Shown: positions 30,007 to 38,493 of the stretch, one piece after another
Layout: each line of letters opens with the position of its first letter
Position numbering within the stretch: position 1 is the stretch's first letter
Source of the DNA: a virus
DNA length: 64,000 bases
Virus record (IMG/VR): IMGVR_UViG_3300031215_000009
Location: 1 to 64,000 of that record
Strand: one strand, 5' to 3'
The notes under the pieces: model-generated
What the model saw: the letters and a program-made list of their open reading frames with translations, nothing else
Database searches by the model: none
Told to the model about the DNA's origin: nothing
Program-made: the position numbers and the translations under genes

Positions 30007-32493
30007 ATGGCAAACGAAGATGTTATCAAAAAAGATATGATTAGTGAACTAAAGGATATGGAATCTGAAAACGACCAACGTCATTTAGAACCTGTAAACG
30101 TAGTAGTTGGAAGATTTCAACCCTATACGATTGGTCATTTAAGTATGGCAAAAGAATTAGAAAAAATCAATGGTTTACCATCGGTTTATATTTATATAAG
30201 AAGTAAAAGTGGTAAAAATGCAAAATTTACAGATAAGTTGACTATCAACTACATGGAAGATGTTGTTCAAGGTCAACCATTAGTAAGAGATGCCTGGGCA
30301 ATGGAATCTGCATTTATTCCTGTTATTATACTTGAATCGCAAAGAAGAGGATATAATCCAGTACTTATTGGTGCAGGGGAAGATAGAGCAAAGTCATATA
30401 AAGGTATGGCAAAGAGAATGAAAGATGTTGTAACACACCCAGATTTCGAAATAAAAGAACTTAAAGGAAGAATAACATCAGCAACAGAAGTTAGACAAGC
30501 TATTTTAGATGATGACAAGAAAAAATTTAATAAACTTGTTCCCAAACAAGTACAACCATATTATACACAACTTAAAGCAGAATTAGAAGCAAGTTTAGTT
30601 GAATCTATTAATGTTTCTGATATTGTAAACAACTTTGATGTTGATATTGATGAGATGGAATCTATACTTTATAAATATGATGAAGATTTCTTTTCTGATG
30701 TATTGATTATTGAAAGTATTTTAGAATATGAACTAACACAAAAAACAATTAAAACTATGAATGAAGATACTATGTCCCCAGCAGTAAAAAAAGAAATGAT
30801 TTCAGTAATTACTACCTATACAGGAGCAAGAAATTCTTTTATTGAAAAAAAGATAGAAAATAATCCTAATTGGGATTGGAATAAAATTACATCTGCATTA
30901 ACTTCTAAAGATAAAAAAGAAAAAAAGAAAGTAGTTGATGTTATTATGGGATGGGGTTCAGAAATAGATAAAAAATATATTAATGAATCTATTAATGAGG
31001 CTGCAATGTCTAAAGATACTAAGAAATTCCTTAAAGGGATGAAAAAGATTAAAATAAATGAATTAGGTGGATGGATGCCTGGTCATAAATATATTTATTT
31101 TGATAGTAATGATTCTAAATATTACTTTGTTGACTTTGAAGGAGATCACATGGAATTAAAAAACGAAGGCACACTAAAAGAATTAGAAAAATTCTTGAAA
31201 AAGAATGAATCTAATCATATTGAATTAGTACATGTTTACGATGAAGATGGTTCATTATTCGGAACAGGTGAATTAATTAAAACTAAAGGAGATAAATCAT
31301 TAGTTAGTTTTGATGCAAATACAGAAAAATGGGTTAAATCTAAATTAGTTAAACTTGTCGAATCTAAAGTGAATGAGAAACTTAAACTAAACAGTAACTA
31401 TCCTGTATATCATCACACATTTGGTTCAGCATTAGATGCTATTTCAGCATACGCAGAATCAGGTGGATATAATATCGACCAACAAGAATTCTTCACTGCA
31501 TTTGGAGATGCCTTCTTTAAACCAAAGAAAGGTAAAACTTTAAGTAAATCAGTTGAATTGCAAGATAAAAACGGAAACGTAGTTGGTGTATTACATTCTT
31601 CAATATACAATAGAGGTGTTGATGGTAAAACATACGAATTGACTATGTATTCTGACCAAACTAAAAAAGGATTGAGAGAATCAGTAAACGAAAGTAAAGG
31701 TAACTTTAAGGATGCTTTAAAAGTTATGAACTTTAAAGATGCTTCTAAAGAAGATGTACATAGTATGATTACAGATTTCTTTGGTGAAGATGGTGTTCCT
31801 GTATTAGAACACATGACATCTAAACATGGTGAATCAATAAACAAAGCACACACAAGATTCTTCGAAAGAGTTATTGCATTCAAAAAAGGTGAATTAACTT
31901 TAGAATCTTTAGATAGTATAAAAGAAAGAGAATCAATTCCTTACTTATCTAAAATTACAGAATCTAAATTGGAATCATTTAAAGATGCACTTACAGAAAT
32001 GGTAGGTTCTAATGAATATGAAGCTAAACTTGATGCCGCAATTTGTATGTTAGTTAAATCTAACAGACCTGTTGTCTGGGAAGATTTCAAATCTCAAATG
32101 TTAAGTTGTGATTTCTTTAAGAAAGATTTTAAACCATTCTTAATGATGCAAGGTTTAAATGATTATCAGATTGATAAATTCATTGAAAATATACTTAGAG
32201 TAAAGTATCAACATTATACAAATTATTTCACTGGATCAATTCCATTGCAATATGTAAAGGAATCTGAACAAATTCTAGAAGCAACCGTCGAAGATGGACT
32301 AGCAGGAATTATTGCAAGATATACAGGAGCAAGAGCTACACACATTCTAAAAGTAATGGCAGAACAACCAGAAATTGATTGGACTAAAGTTGCAAAGGAT
32401 ATTTCAACTACTGATAAACATGGATTACGAAGATCATTCATGTTCCCATCAAAAAAGGAAACAGAAAACTTTAATAAAGTATATTTAAAGTAA
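30007..32493 (+). CDS. HxGH (cytidylyltransferase/NMNAT-like) nucleotidyltransferase with a multi-domain C-terminal extension
   Basis: VVGRFQPYTIGH, GAGEDR and TSATEVR motifs; many (I/V/L)xE sites; repeated YTGAR...DWxK domain. Confidence 0.8.
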   Translation: MANEDVIKKDMISELKDMESENDQRHLEPVNVVVGRFQPYTIGHLSMAKELEKINGLPSVYIYIRSKSGKNAKFTDKLTINYMEDVVQGQPLVRDAWAMESAFIPVIILESQRRGYNPVLIGAGEDRAKSYKGMAKRMKDVVTHPDFEIKELKGRITSATEVRQAILDDDKKKFNKLVPKQVQPYYTQLKAELEASLVESINVSDIVNNFDVDIDEMESILYKYDEDFFSDVLIIESILEYELTQKTIKTMNEDTMSPAVKKEMISVITTYTGARNSFIEKKIENNPNWDWNKITSALTSKDKKEKKKVVDVIMGWGSEIDKKYINESINEAAMSKDTKKFLKGMKKIKINELGGWMPGHKYIYFDSNDSKYYFVDFEGDHMELKNEGTLKELEKFLKKNESNHIELVHVYDEDGSLFGTGELIKTKGDKSLVSFDANTEKWVKSKLVKLVESKVNEKLKLNSNYPVYHHTFGSALDAISAYAESGGYNIDQQEFFTAFGDAFFKPKKGKTLSKSVELQDKNGNVVGVLHSSIYNRGVDGKTYELTMYSDQTKKGLRESVNESKGNFKDALKVMNFKDASKEDVHSMITDFFGEDGVPVLEHMTSKHGESINKAHTRFFERVIAFKKGELTLESLDSIKERESIPYLSKITESKLESFKDALTEMVGSNEYEAKLDAAICMLVKSNRPVVWEDFKSQMLSCDFFKKDFKPFLMMQGLNDYQIDKFIENILRVKYQHYTNYFTGSIPLQYVKESEQILEATVEDGLAGIIARYTGARATHILKVMAEQPEIDWTKVAKDISTTDKHGLRRSFMFPSKKETENFNKVYLK

Positions 32494-32553
32494 ACAAAAA
32501 GGGAATCGTAATTGATTCCCTTTTTTAATATGAATAAATGTGATTAATATCAT

Positions 32554-33378
32554 TTAATACCACGATTTACCCTGTGCTTTTAGTTTTTCTTTTAATTCCT
32601 TTGTTGGTCGTCCCCAATTATCATCATTAACCATTTCCCTGACAATATCTCTAAAAGTATCTCCAGCTCCATAAGTTACTTTATGATGTTCTTCTTTAGA
32701 CATTCCAGATTCTTTTGTTGTAGTTCCTTCTGTTTCGTTATGATGTTCTACAAATGATGTTCCTACAAATATATGTGGAATTTGATGATGTTGCAATGCA
32801 ACACTATACCAATTGTCACAAAACCAAAACTTTACACGTTCTTCGAGTTTACCTATTTTATCAAATACGTTTCTTGATTGAAATAAACACCAACCTGCAA
32901 TATGTTGTCTCACACCATATCCAACTTCAATATTGTTTAATTTCCTTTTATGCCACATTTCTCGTGGATTACAAGGAGATGCTGAAACAAATTCCCATTG
33001 TGCCGGATTTCCTTTTCTTTGTGCATTTATTAAACCTATTATTTCAGACGCCCAACCTGGTTTAAATACTAAATCGTTGTTACATAAACAAGTCCATTCT
33101 GCAGACCCATGTTCTAATCCTACATTTAAGTATGTGTGATACCCAAATTCTTTATCTGTATAAACAGTTTTAATAGAATGTCCTTTACCCTCAATATCAT
33201 CATACGATGTGTCTTTGTTGGATTCTACTACTATTATATTAAATTTTATATTGCTGGATTCTTCACTATCTATAAGTGTTTCTATTGTTGTAAGTGATTC
33301 TTTGTGTAATTTTTTACTTTTCGCCCAGGATATGATAACCATATCAACCTCAGTGTGTTTCAAATTAATTTGTGACAT
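32554..33378 (-). CDS. GT-A fold (family 2-like) glycosyltransferase
   Basis: DMVIISW, IIVVES, NVGL...WTCLCNNDL, IGKLEER...WFCD...VEH. Confidence 0.8.
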   Translation of the reverse strand: MSQINLKHTEVDMVIISWAKSKKLHKESLTTIETLIDSEESSNIKFNIIVVESNKDTSYDDIEGKGHSIKTVYTDKEFGYHTYLNVGLEHGSAEWTCLCNNDLVFKPGWASEIIGLINAQRKGNPAQWEFVSASPCNPREMWHKRKLNNIEVGYGVRQHIAGWCLFQSRNVFDKIGKLEERVKFWFCDNWYSVALQHHQIPHIFVGTSFVEHHNETEGTTTKESGMSKEEHHKVTYGAGDTFRDIVREMVNDDNWGRPTKELKEKLKAQGKSWY

Positions 33379-33445
33379 TGATGTGTTTGTTTAAAATAAA
33401 TGATTCTTATTTGTTATTTAATAAGTATAAAAACACACTATTCTA

Positions 33446-33693
33446 TGGAAATACACATAAACAATATATTAGACTTGAGTTTAGTTAATGAAGATGTTAC
33501 TCATTTTGTTAATTTATTTGGGTTACTTAAAGATACAATTAATTCATCTGAAAAATCAGTAGGGTTTAAAAAGAAAGGAAAAATAACAGTCGAATTGACA
33601 GAAGAATCTATTGAATTTATAATGAAAATGTGCGAATCTGCAGGTATAATAACAGAAGATGAAATAGAAAATCAAAACCAAGAACAAGAATAA
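33446..33693 (+). CDS. Hypothetical protein
   Basis: Likely start MEIHIN, downstream of a TTTAATA box; coupled to the polymerase gene. Confidence 0.5.
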
Positions 33694-33695
33694 AT

Positions 33696-35204
33696 ATGAT
33701 ATTAGATATTGAACAAACAAAATACACCAATTCGGTAAAAATTTCTTATATTGATGCAAACAGGAATAGACAAATTCTTGACATTCCTAAAAGAGATTTT
33801 TGGAAATGGAAGTATAATGAAGGTGCAAATGCAGATTCTACTTTTAAATCTTGGGATAACAAAGGAGTTGTTAGGTGTTCATATAAAGATTCTGATAATA
33901 TAGACAAGAAAAGTATATGGGAATGGATCAATGCACAACCAGAATACAAAGACTTGTTATATCAATTCAATATACCAAAGATTCTTTTTTGTGATATTGA
34001 AACAGATATTCATGATGGATTTCCAGATGTAACTTTAGCAAAAGAAAAAATTACTTGTATTACCGTTTGTTATAAAGATGATAAAGGTGTTGTACAAGTA
34101 ATAATTTTAGGTGAAAAGGAAAACTTTGATTACGACAAACAAAAGAAAATGAATGATTTCATTGCTGATTATTTTTCAAAAATATCAGATTTGAAATTTG
34201 TATTGAAATATGTATTTATTCCAGATGAAAAGAAATTATTAGAATCATTTGTTAAGATTTGTTCTAAGTTTCACGTTTTAACTGGTTGGAACTTTATTAA
34301 TACCTTCCGTTCAAAGTGGTTTAATGACAGTGGATTTGATTGGCCTTTCTTATCAAAGAGAATGGAAAACTTAGGAGTTGATTACAGATCAATTTCACCA
34401 ACAAGAAACATTGCAAAGAAAAAAGATGTTGGTAATGTACCAAGTCACTTTGCAGTTGTTGATTATATGTATTACTTTGATGCATTTGATAGAAGTATTA
34501 AAGTAAAAGAATCTAAATCATTAGACTTTGTTTCTGGGGAAGTTCTTAAAGTTAAGAAATTAAAATATGGAAACTATCCAGTAATGGATGGTGATGTTCT
34601 TAAAGAAATGTATGATAAAGATTATTATACTTATTGTTTATATTGTGCCGTAGATACTATTTTAGTTCTATTAATACACGAAAAAAGACAACCATTCTCA
34701 GCAATCTTAGCACAAGGTAATGATTCCGGTAATCATATCGACAAAGCAGATTCTGCTGTAAATGTTACAGAAGGATTTATGTCTAAGGCTTACTATAAGG
34801 ACAACAAAGTAATGCCAATGATTGATATGACTAAAAGGAAAAAAGAATGGTATGAAGGTGCCTTTGTGAAGGCCCCTTTAGCAGGTTTACACGAATTAAC
34901 ATGTTGTTATGACTTTAGTTCACTATATCCATCAATATCAAGATTCTTAGAATTAGGATTTGAAAACTTTGATAGAAAATTAACAGATGATTTGAAAAAG
35001 TATGTAAACTATAAACCAGTTTCACTTAAATTAGAAAGACCAAAGAATGATGAGATTGTAAGTGTTACCGGTTGTGTATTCAAAAAAGGTGAATCAACAT
35101 TAAAAAAAGTTTATGATGAATTGTACGCTGCAAGGAAAAATAATCAATACCGAGCAAAATTATGTGCAAAAATCGCTCATGAATTAAAAGAAAAAAGTAA
35201 ATAA
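33696..35204 (+). CDS. Family B DNA polymerase fragment A (exonuclease, palm N-part, ascending finger)
   Basis: CDIET, TGWN...FDWPFL, YCAVDT, YEGAFVK and YDFSSLYPS; ends after ARK in the fingers domain. Confidence 0.92.
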   Translation: MILDIEQTKYTNSVKISYIDANRNRQILDIPKRDFWKWKYNEGANADSTFKSWDNKGVVRCSYKDSDNIDKKSIWEWINAQPEYKDLLYQFNIPKILFCDIETDIHDGFPDVTLAKEKITCITVCYKDDKGVVQVIILGEKENFDYDKQKKMNDFIADYFSKISDLKFVLKYVFIPDEKKLLESFVKICSKFHVLTGWNFINTFRSKWFNDSGFDWPFLSKRMENLGVDYRSISPTRNIAKKKDVGNVPSHFAVVDYMYYFDAFDRSIKVKESKSLDFVSGEVLKVKKLKYGNYPVMDGDVLKEMYDKDYYTYCLYCAVDTILVLLIHEKRQPFSAILAQGNDSGNHIDKADSAVNVTEGFMSKAYYKDNKVMPMIDMTKRKKEWYEGAFVKAPLAGLHELTCCYDFSSLYPSISRFLELGFENFDRKLTDDLKKYVNYKPVSLKLERPKNDEIVSVTGCVFKKGESTLKKVYDELYAARKNNQYRAKLCAKIAHELKEKSK

Positions 35205-35249
35205 ATGCATTTAATAATAAACAAGTAACAAATAGTAAATTTAAAATTA

Positions 35250-36038
35250 ATGAAAAAAGTAGTATTAAAAACAGTAGACTTAGTAAAGTTCAATAGCTTT
35301 ATAGATTCTTTAATCCCACTTAGTGAATCGGGAACAATATATTTCAAGATTGATTCAGAAGGATTAAGTACAGATTCACACAATAGTAGTGGAACTATTA
35401 TTAAAAGTTTGAGAACAAGTATAGGTGAAATTTGTGGTGAAAGCAACTTAGATAAAGTTGAAGGACCAATTAAATTTTGTTTCTATGATGGTAAAAAAGT
35501 AAAAAAAGCATTTTCATTCCTAAGTGGTAGTGATATTAAATGTGAAATTACATTTCAAAAATTAGATTCAACAGGTGAATTGTTTGCAGAATCTATGAGA
35601 GTTTCAAGTCCTAAAATATCATTTACCTTAGATGCAGCAGACCCTGATTTATTCGAATTTGCAAATGTACCAGCAGAATCTATTGCAGAGGTAAAAGATG
35701 TAACAAATGCTGATTGTAACTTTAGAATGACAGCAAATGAAATTTTACAAGTTCAAAAGTTTTTTGACTTTGATACAAATGAAGAAGTTGAATTTCAAGT
35801 TAATGGTGAAGTAAGAGTTGTTTCTGAAGGTGCATATAATATTGCAATATCAGATGATTTTGAAGGTTTATCAGGTGGTGGAACAAATTCTTATAAAGTT
35901 TCAAAAGACTTGTTTAAATTGTTAGATTTCAACACTTATATAGTTTATCCATTGATAGATGAATGTAAAATCATTTTCGAAGCAGAAGATAAAACATCAG
36001 AAGTAGTACTTACCTTACACGAAGATTTAGAATTGTAA
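35250..36038 (+). CDS. Sliding clamp (gp45/PCNA-like)
   Basis: 262-aa acidic alpha/beta protein with AADP in the interdomain linker, in replication context. Confidence 0.7.
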   Translation: MKKVVLKTVDLVKFNSFIDSLIPLSESGTIYFKIDSEGLSTDSHNSSGTIIKSLRTSIGEICGESNLDKVEGPIKFCFYDGKKVKKAFSFLSGSDIKCEITFQKLDSTGELFAESMRVSSPKISFTLDAADPDLFEFANVPAESIAEVKDVTNADCNFRMTANEILQVQKFFDFDTNEEVEFQVNGEVRVVSEGAYNIAISDDFEGLSGGGTNSYKVSKDLFKLLDFNTYIVYPLIDECKIIFEAEDKTSEVVLTLHEDLEL

Positions 36039-36063
36039 AATTTGGGAATATAAAAGTATTTGA

Positions 36064-36141
36064 TTAAATAAAGAAAGGAACTATAATAGGACTCGAATCC
36101 TAAGTTCCTTTCTTTAAAATAATTAAACTTAATGTATTTAA
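36064..36141 (+). ncRNA. Conserved structured leader of homing endonuclease genes, copy B
   Basis: TTAAATA, stem AAAGAAAGGAACT/AGTTCCTTTCTTT, inner TAGGA-CTCGAA-TCCTA, then ATGTATTTAA. Confidence 0.65.
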
Positions 36142-36221
36142 CACACACCCAAATAATCCCAAATTCTGGAGGATTGTATCAAATAAGAAATAAAAATTTC
36201 AATAATTATAAATACATTTGA
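36132..36221 (+). pseudogene. GIY-YIG endonuclease stub
   Basis: MYLTHTQIIPNSGGLYQIRNKNFNNYKYI*; the stop abuts the next ATG. Confidence 0.65.
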
Positions 36222-36962
36222 ATGATTAAAATAAGAGATATGACAACTGATGAAATAGAGAACTTTGATTATAGTTCTCTATCAGAATCTGAGAAAGCCA
36301 ATATCATTAGGGAACTAACTGACGAAGCAGCAATCAAAGGTACACTTGAACAATCTAATAAATTAGTTCTTAACTCTATTTATGGTTCGATGGCATCTAT
36401 ATTTTTCTATTTTTATAATAAGAGTTTAGCGGAAACAATAACAGGACAAGGACAAGATGCTATTCGATATGCTGAAAGGGCAGTTGATTCTTATTTTCAA
36501 AACATTTTACACAAAGATAAATTTATTCTTAATAAATTAAAAGAAATTTGTCCAGATGTGAATGTAACCCCCGAACCTTGTGTTAAACCAACAGTTGTTT
36601 ATATTGACACAGATAGTGTTGATAAAGATACTATTATTAGTACAAATAAAGGAAATATTAGAATAGAAGATTTGTATAACGAAAATTCTATTAATGCAGG
36701 GGGAACCAAAAGTGGGCACGAATCTGTTGAAACTAACAGAACAGTATTGAATTGGTCAGAAACTAATGGACTTTATCAAGCACCAGTAAAAAGAATTATT
36801 AGACACAAAGTATCTAAAGCAAAATGGAAACTTAAAACTAAATCTGGAAAAGAAGTAACTGTAACTAACGACCACTCTATGATTGTATTTAGAAATGGGG
36901 TTAAGATAGAAGTTAAACCATCTGAAATATTAAAAACCGATAAAATATTGTCAATTAGGTAA
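36222..36962 (+). CDS. DNA polymerase fragment B1 plus split intein N-half (Ser1 at 36615)
   Basis: KLVLNSIYG, AETITGQGQ and VYIDTD|SVDKDT...VTVTNDHSM. Confidence 0.92.
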   Translation: MIKIRDMTTDEIENFDYSSLSESEKANIIRELTDEAAIKGTLEQSNKLVLNSIYGSMASIFFYFYNKSLAETITGQGQDAIRYAERAVDSYFQNILHKDKFILNKLKEICPDVNVTPEPCVKPTVVYIDTDSVDKDTIISTNKGNIRIEDLYNENSINAGGTKSGHESVETNRTVLNWSETNGLYQAPVKRIIRHKVSKAKWKLKTKSGKEVTVTNDHSMIVFRNGVKIEVKPSEILKTDKILSIR

Positions 36963-37006
36963 CTTTGTAGTTTATATAGATTAAATTTAGAAAGTCTATA
37001 TAAAAT

Positions 37007-37207
37007 ATGAATTTAAAAGAACAAATAAAAGGATTTAGAAATAGAGAGATAAATTACATAGTGCGAATATGTGATATATTAGAATTTGATAGTTGCATAG
37101 TAACGGGAGAATCTATAATATATCCAAATACTAAAATTAGACAACACAAAGACGGTGAAATTTACTTAGAAAATGAAATACGAAATAGAAGAAATAGAAT
37201 ACATTGA
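37007..37207 (+). CDS. Small ORF between the intein halves (possible endonuclease remnant)
   Basis: 66 aa; overlaps the IntC start. Confidence 0.35.
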   Translation: MNLKEQIKGFRNREINYIVRICDILEFDSCIVTGESIIYPNTKIRQHKDGEIYLENEIRNRRNRIH

Positions 37208-38126
37208 GTGTATAGGAGAATTTGATGATGAATATGTTTATGATATAGAAGTTGATGATGATACCCATACATTTATTGCAAATGATATATTGGTTCATAA
37301 TTCTGCTTATGTGACTTTTGAAGAAGTTGCAAAGAAAATCAATTGGACAGGTTCAGCAACGGATTTAGTACTTACTATCAATAAACACAGACTAGAATCT
37401 TATTTAAAGAAAGTGTTTGAAAAGTATGCTGAATCTTATAATACTGAAAATTATTTAGATTTTGAATTAGAAACAATCAGTAAATCGGGTATTTGGGTAA
37501 AGAAAAAGAAATATACACAAGACATTGTGTGGGCTGATGGTAAGTTCTATGATAGTGGTAGTTACACAAAAACAACAGGATTGGAGATCATTAGATTAAC
37601 TACACCTCCATTTTGTAGACCAGAATTAGTTAAATTAGTTCAATGGATATTCGATAAAGGTAAACAATTTACACAAAGAGATATTACAATTGAATTGTTG
37701 AAATTAAAGAAAAGATTTGCAATTGTTGACATTGAAGATATTAGTATTACAACAGGAATAGGTGATTATGAAAAATATATTCTTAGTGACACTAATGGGT
37801 TAAAAGTTGCAAGTGGTTGTGGAACTCACATTAGAGGAGCAGGGATTTATAATATGTACCTTAATAACAATCCAGATTATGAAAATAAGTATGAAAGATT
37901 AAAAACAGGTGACAAAGTTAAGTGGTATTATGCAAAATCACACAAAGAAGAATTAAATGTTTTTAGTTACAAACGTGGTTCACACCCTAAAGAGTTTGCA
38001 CCAGAAATAGACATTGATTTGATGTTTGAAAAAACAGTGATAAACCCACTAAATAATATTCTTCAAGCAATGCCAGGGATTAATGCATTATCTGGTTCAT
38101 TGAAGATCAAAAAAAGATTATTTTAA
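37173..38126 (+). CDS. Split intein C-half (43 aa) plus DNA polymerase fragment B2 (palm and thumb)
   Basis: VYDIEV...HTFIANDILVHN|SAY restores YIDTDS; KKKY and GLEIIR..TP follow. Confidence 0.92.
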   Translation: MKYEIEEIEYIECIGEFDDEYVYDIEVDDDTHTFIANDILVHNSAYVTFEEVAKKINWTGSATDLVLTINKHRLESYLKKVFEKYAESYNTENYLDFELETISKSGIWVKKKKYTQDIVWADGKFYDSGSYTKTTGLEIIRLTTPPFCRPELVKLVQWIFDKGKQFTQRDITIELLKLKKRFAIVDIEDISITTGIGDYEKYILSDTNGLKVASGCGTHIRGAGIYNMYLNNNPDYENKYERLKTGDKVKWYYAKSHKEELNVFSYKRGSHPKEFAPEIDIDLMFEKTVINPLNNILQAMPGINALSGSLKIKKRLF

Positions 38127-38143
38127 AAAAACAATTAATATAT

Positions 38144-38452
38144 ATGGCAAAAACAAGTAAAAAACATAGTTCCGTTGATGATATATTCAAAGAACTTAAC
38201 GAAGTTAATCCTTTTGGTAGTAGTAGTTTCGGTACCTCAGAGATTTATAAAAACAACAACTGGATTGATTCTGGTAATTGGATTCTTAATGCAGCATTAA
38301 GTGGTTCAATTAAAAAAGGGTTTCCAAGTACTAAACAAACATCATTAGTAGGAGAATCTGGTTGTTTACCGAAAGAAGAAGTTGTTCGATTATATATACT
38401 AAAGAGTATAGATAATTATGATAGAGAAATTATTAACGAGGAACATATCTAA
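38144..38452 (+). CDS. uvsX: UvsX/RecA N-fragment plus very short split intein N-half (29 aa, Cys1 at 38363)
   Basis: WIDSG..LNAALSG...GFP...LVGESG|CLPKEEVV. Confidence 0.9.
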   Translation: MAKTSKKHSSVDDIFKELNEVNPFGSSSFGTSEIYKNNNWIDSGNWILNAALSGSIKKGFPSTKQTSLVGESGCLPKEEVVRLYILKSIDNYDREIINEEHI

Positions 38453-38493
38453 CACTAAATCTTTATTTTGTGTTAAGGACGAAAACAAAAAAT

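Noticed and set aside
36087-36102. GGACTCGAATCC resembling a tRNA T-arm
   Set aside because: No acceptor, D or anticodon arms around it. It is the inner hairpin of the repeated leader. No tRNA genes were recognised in the window.
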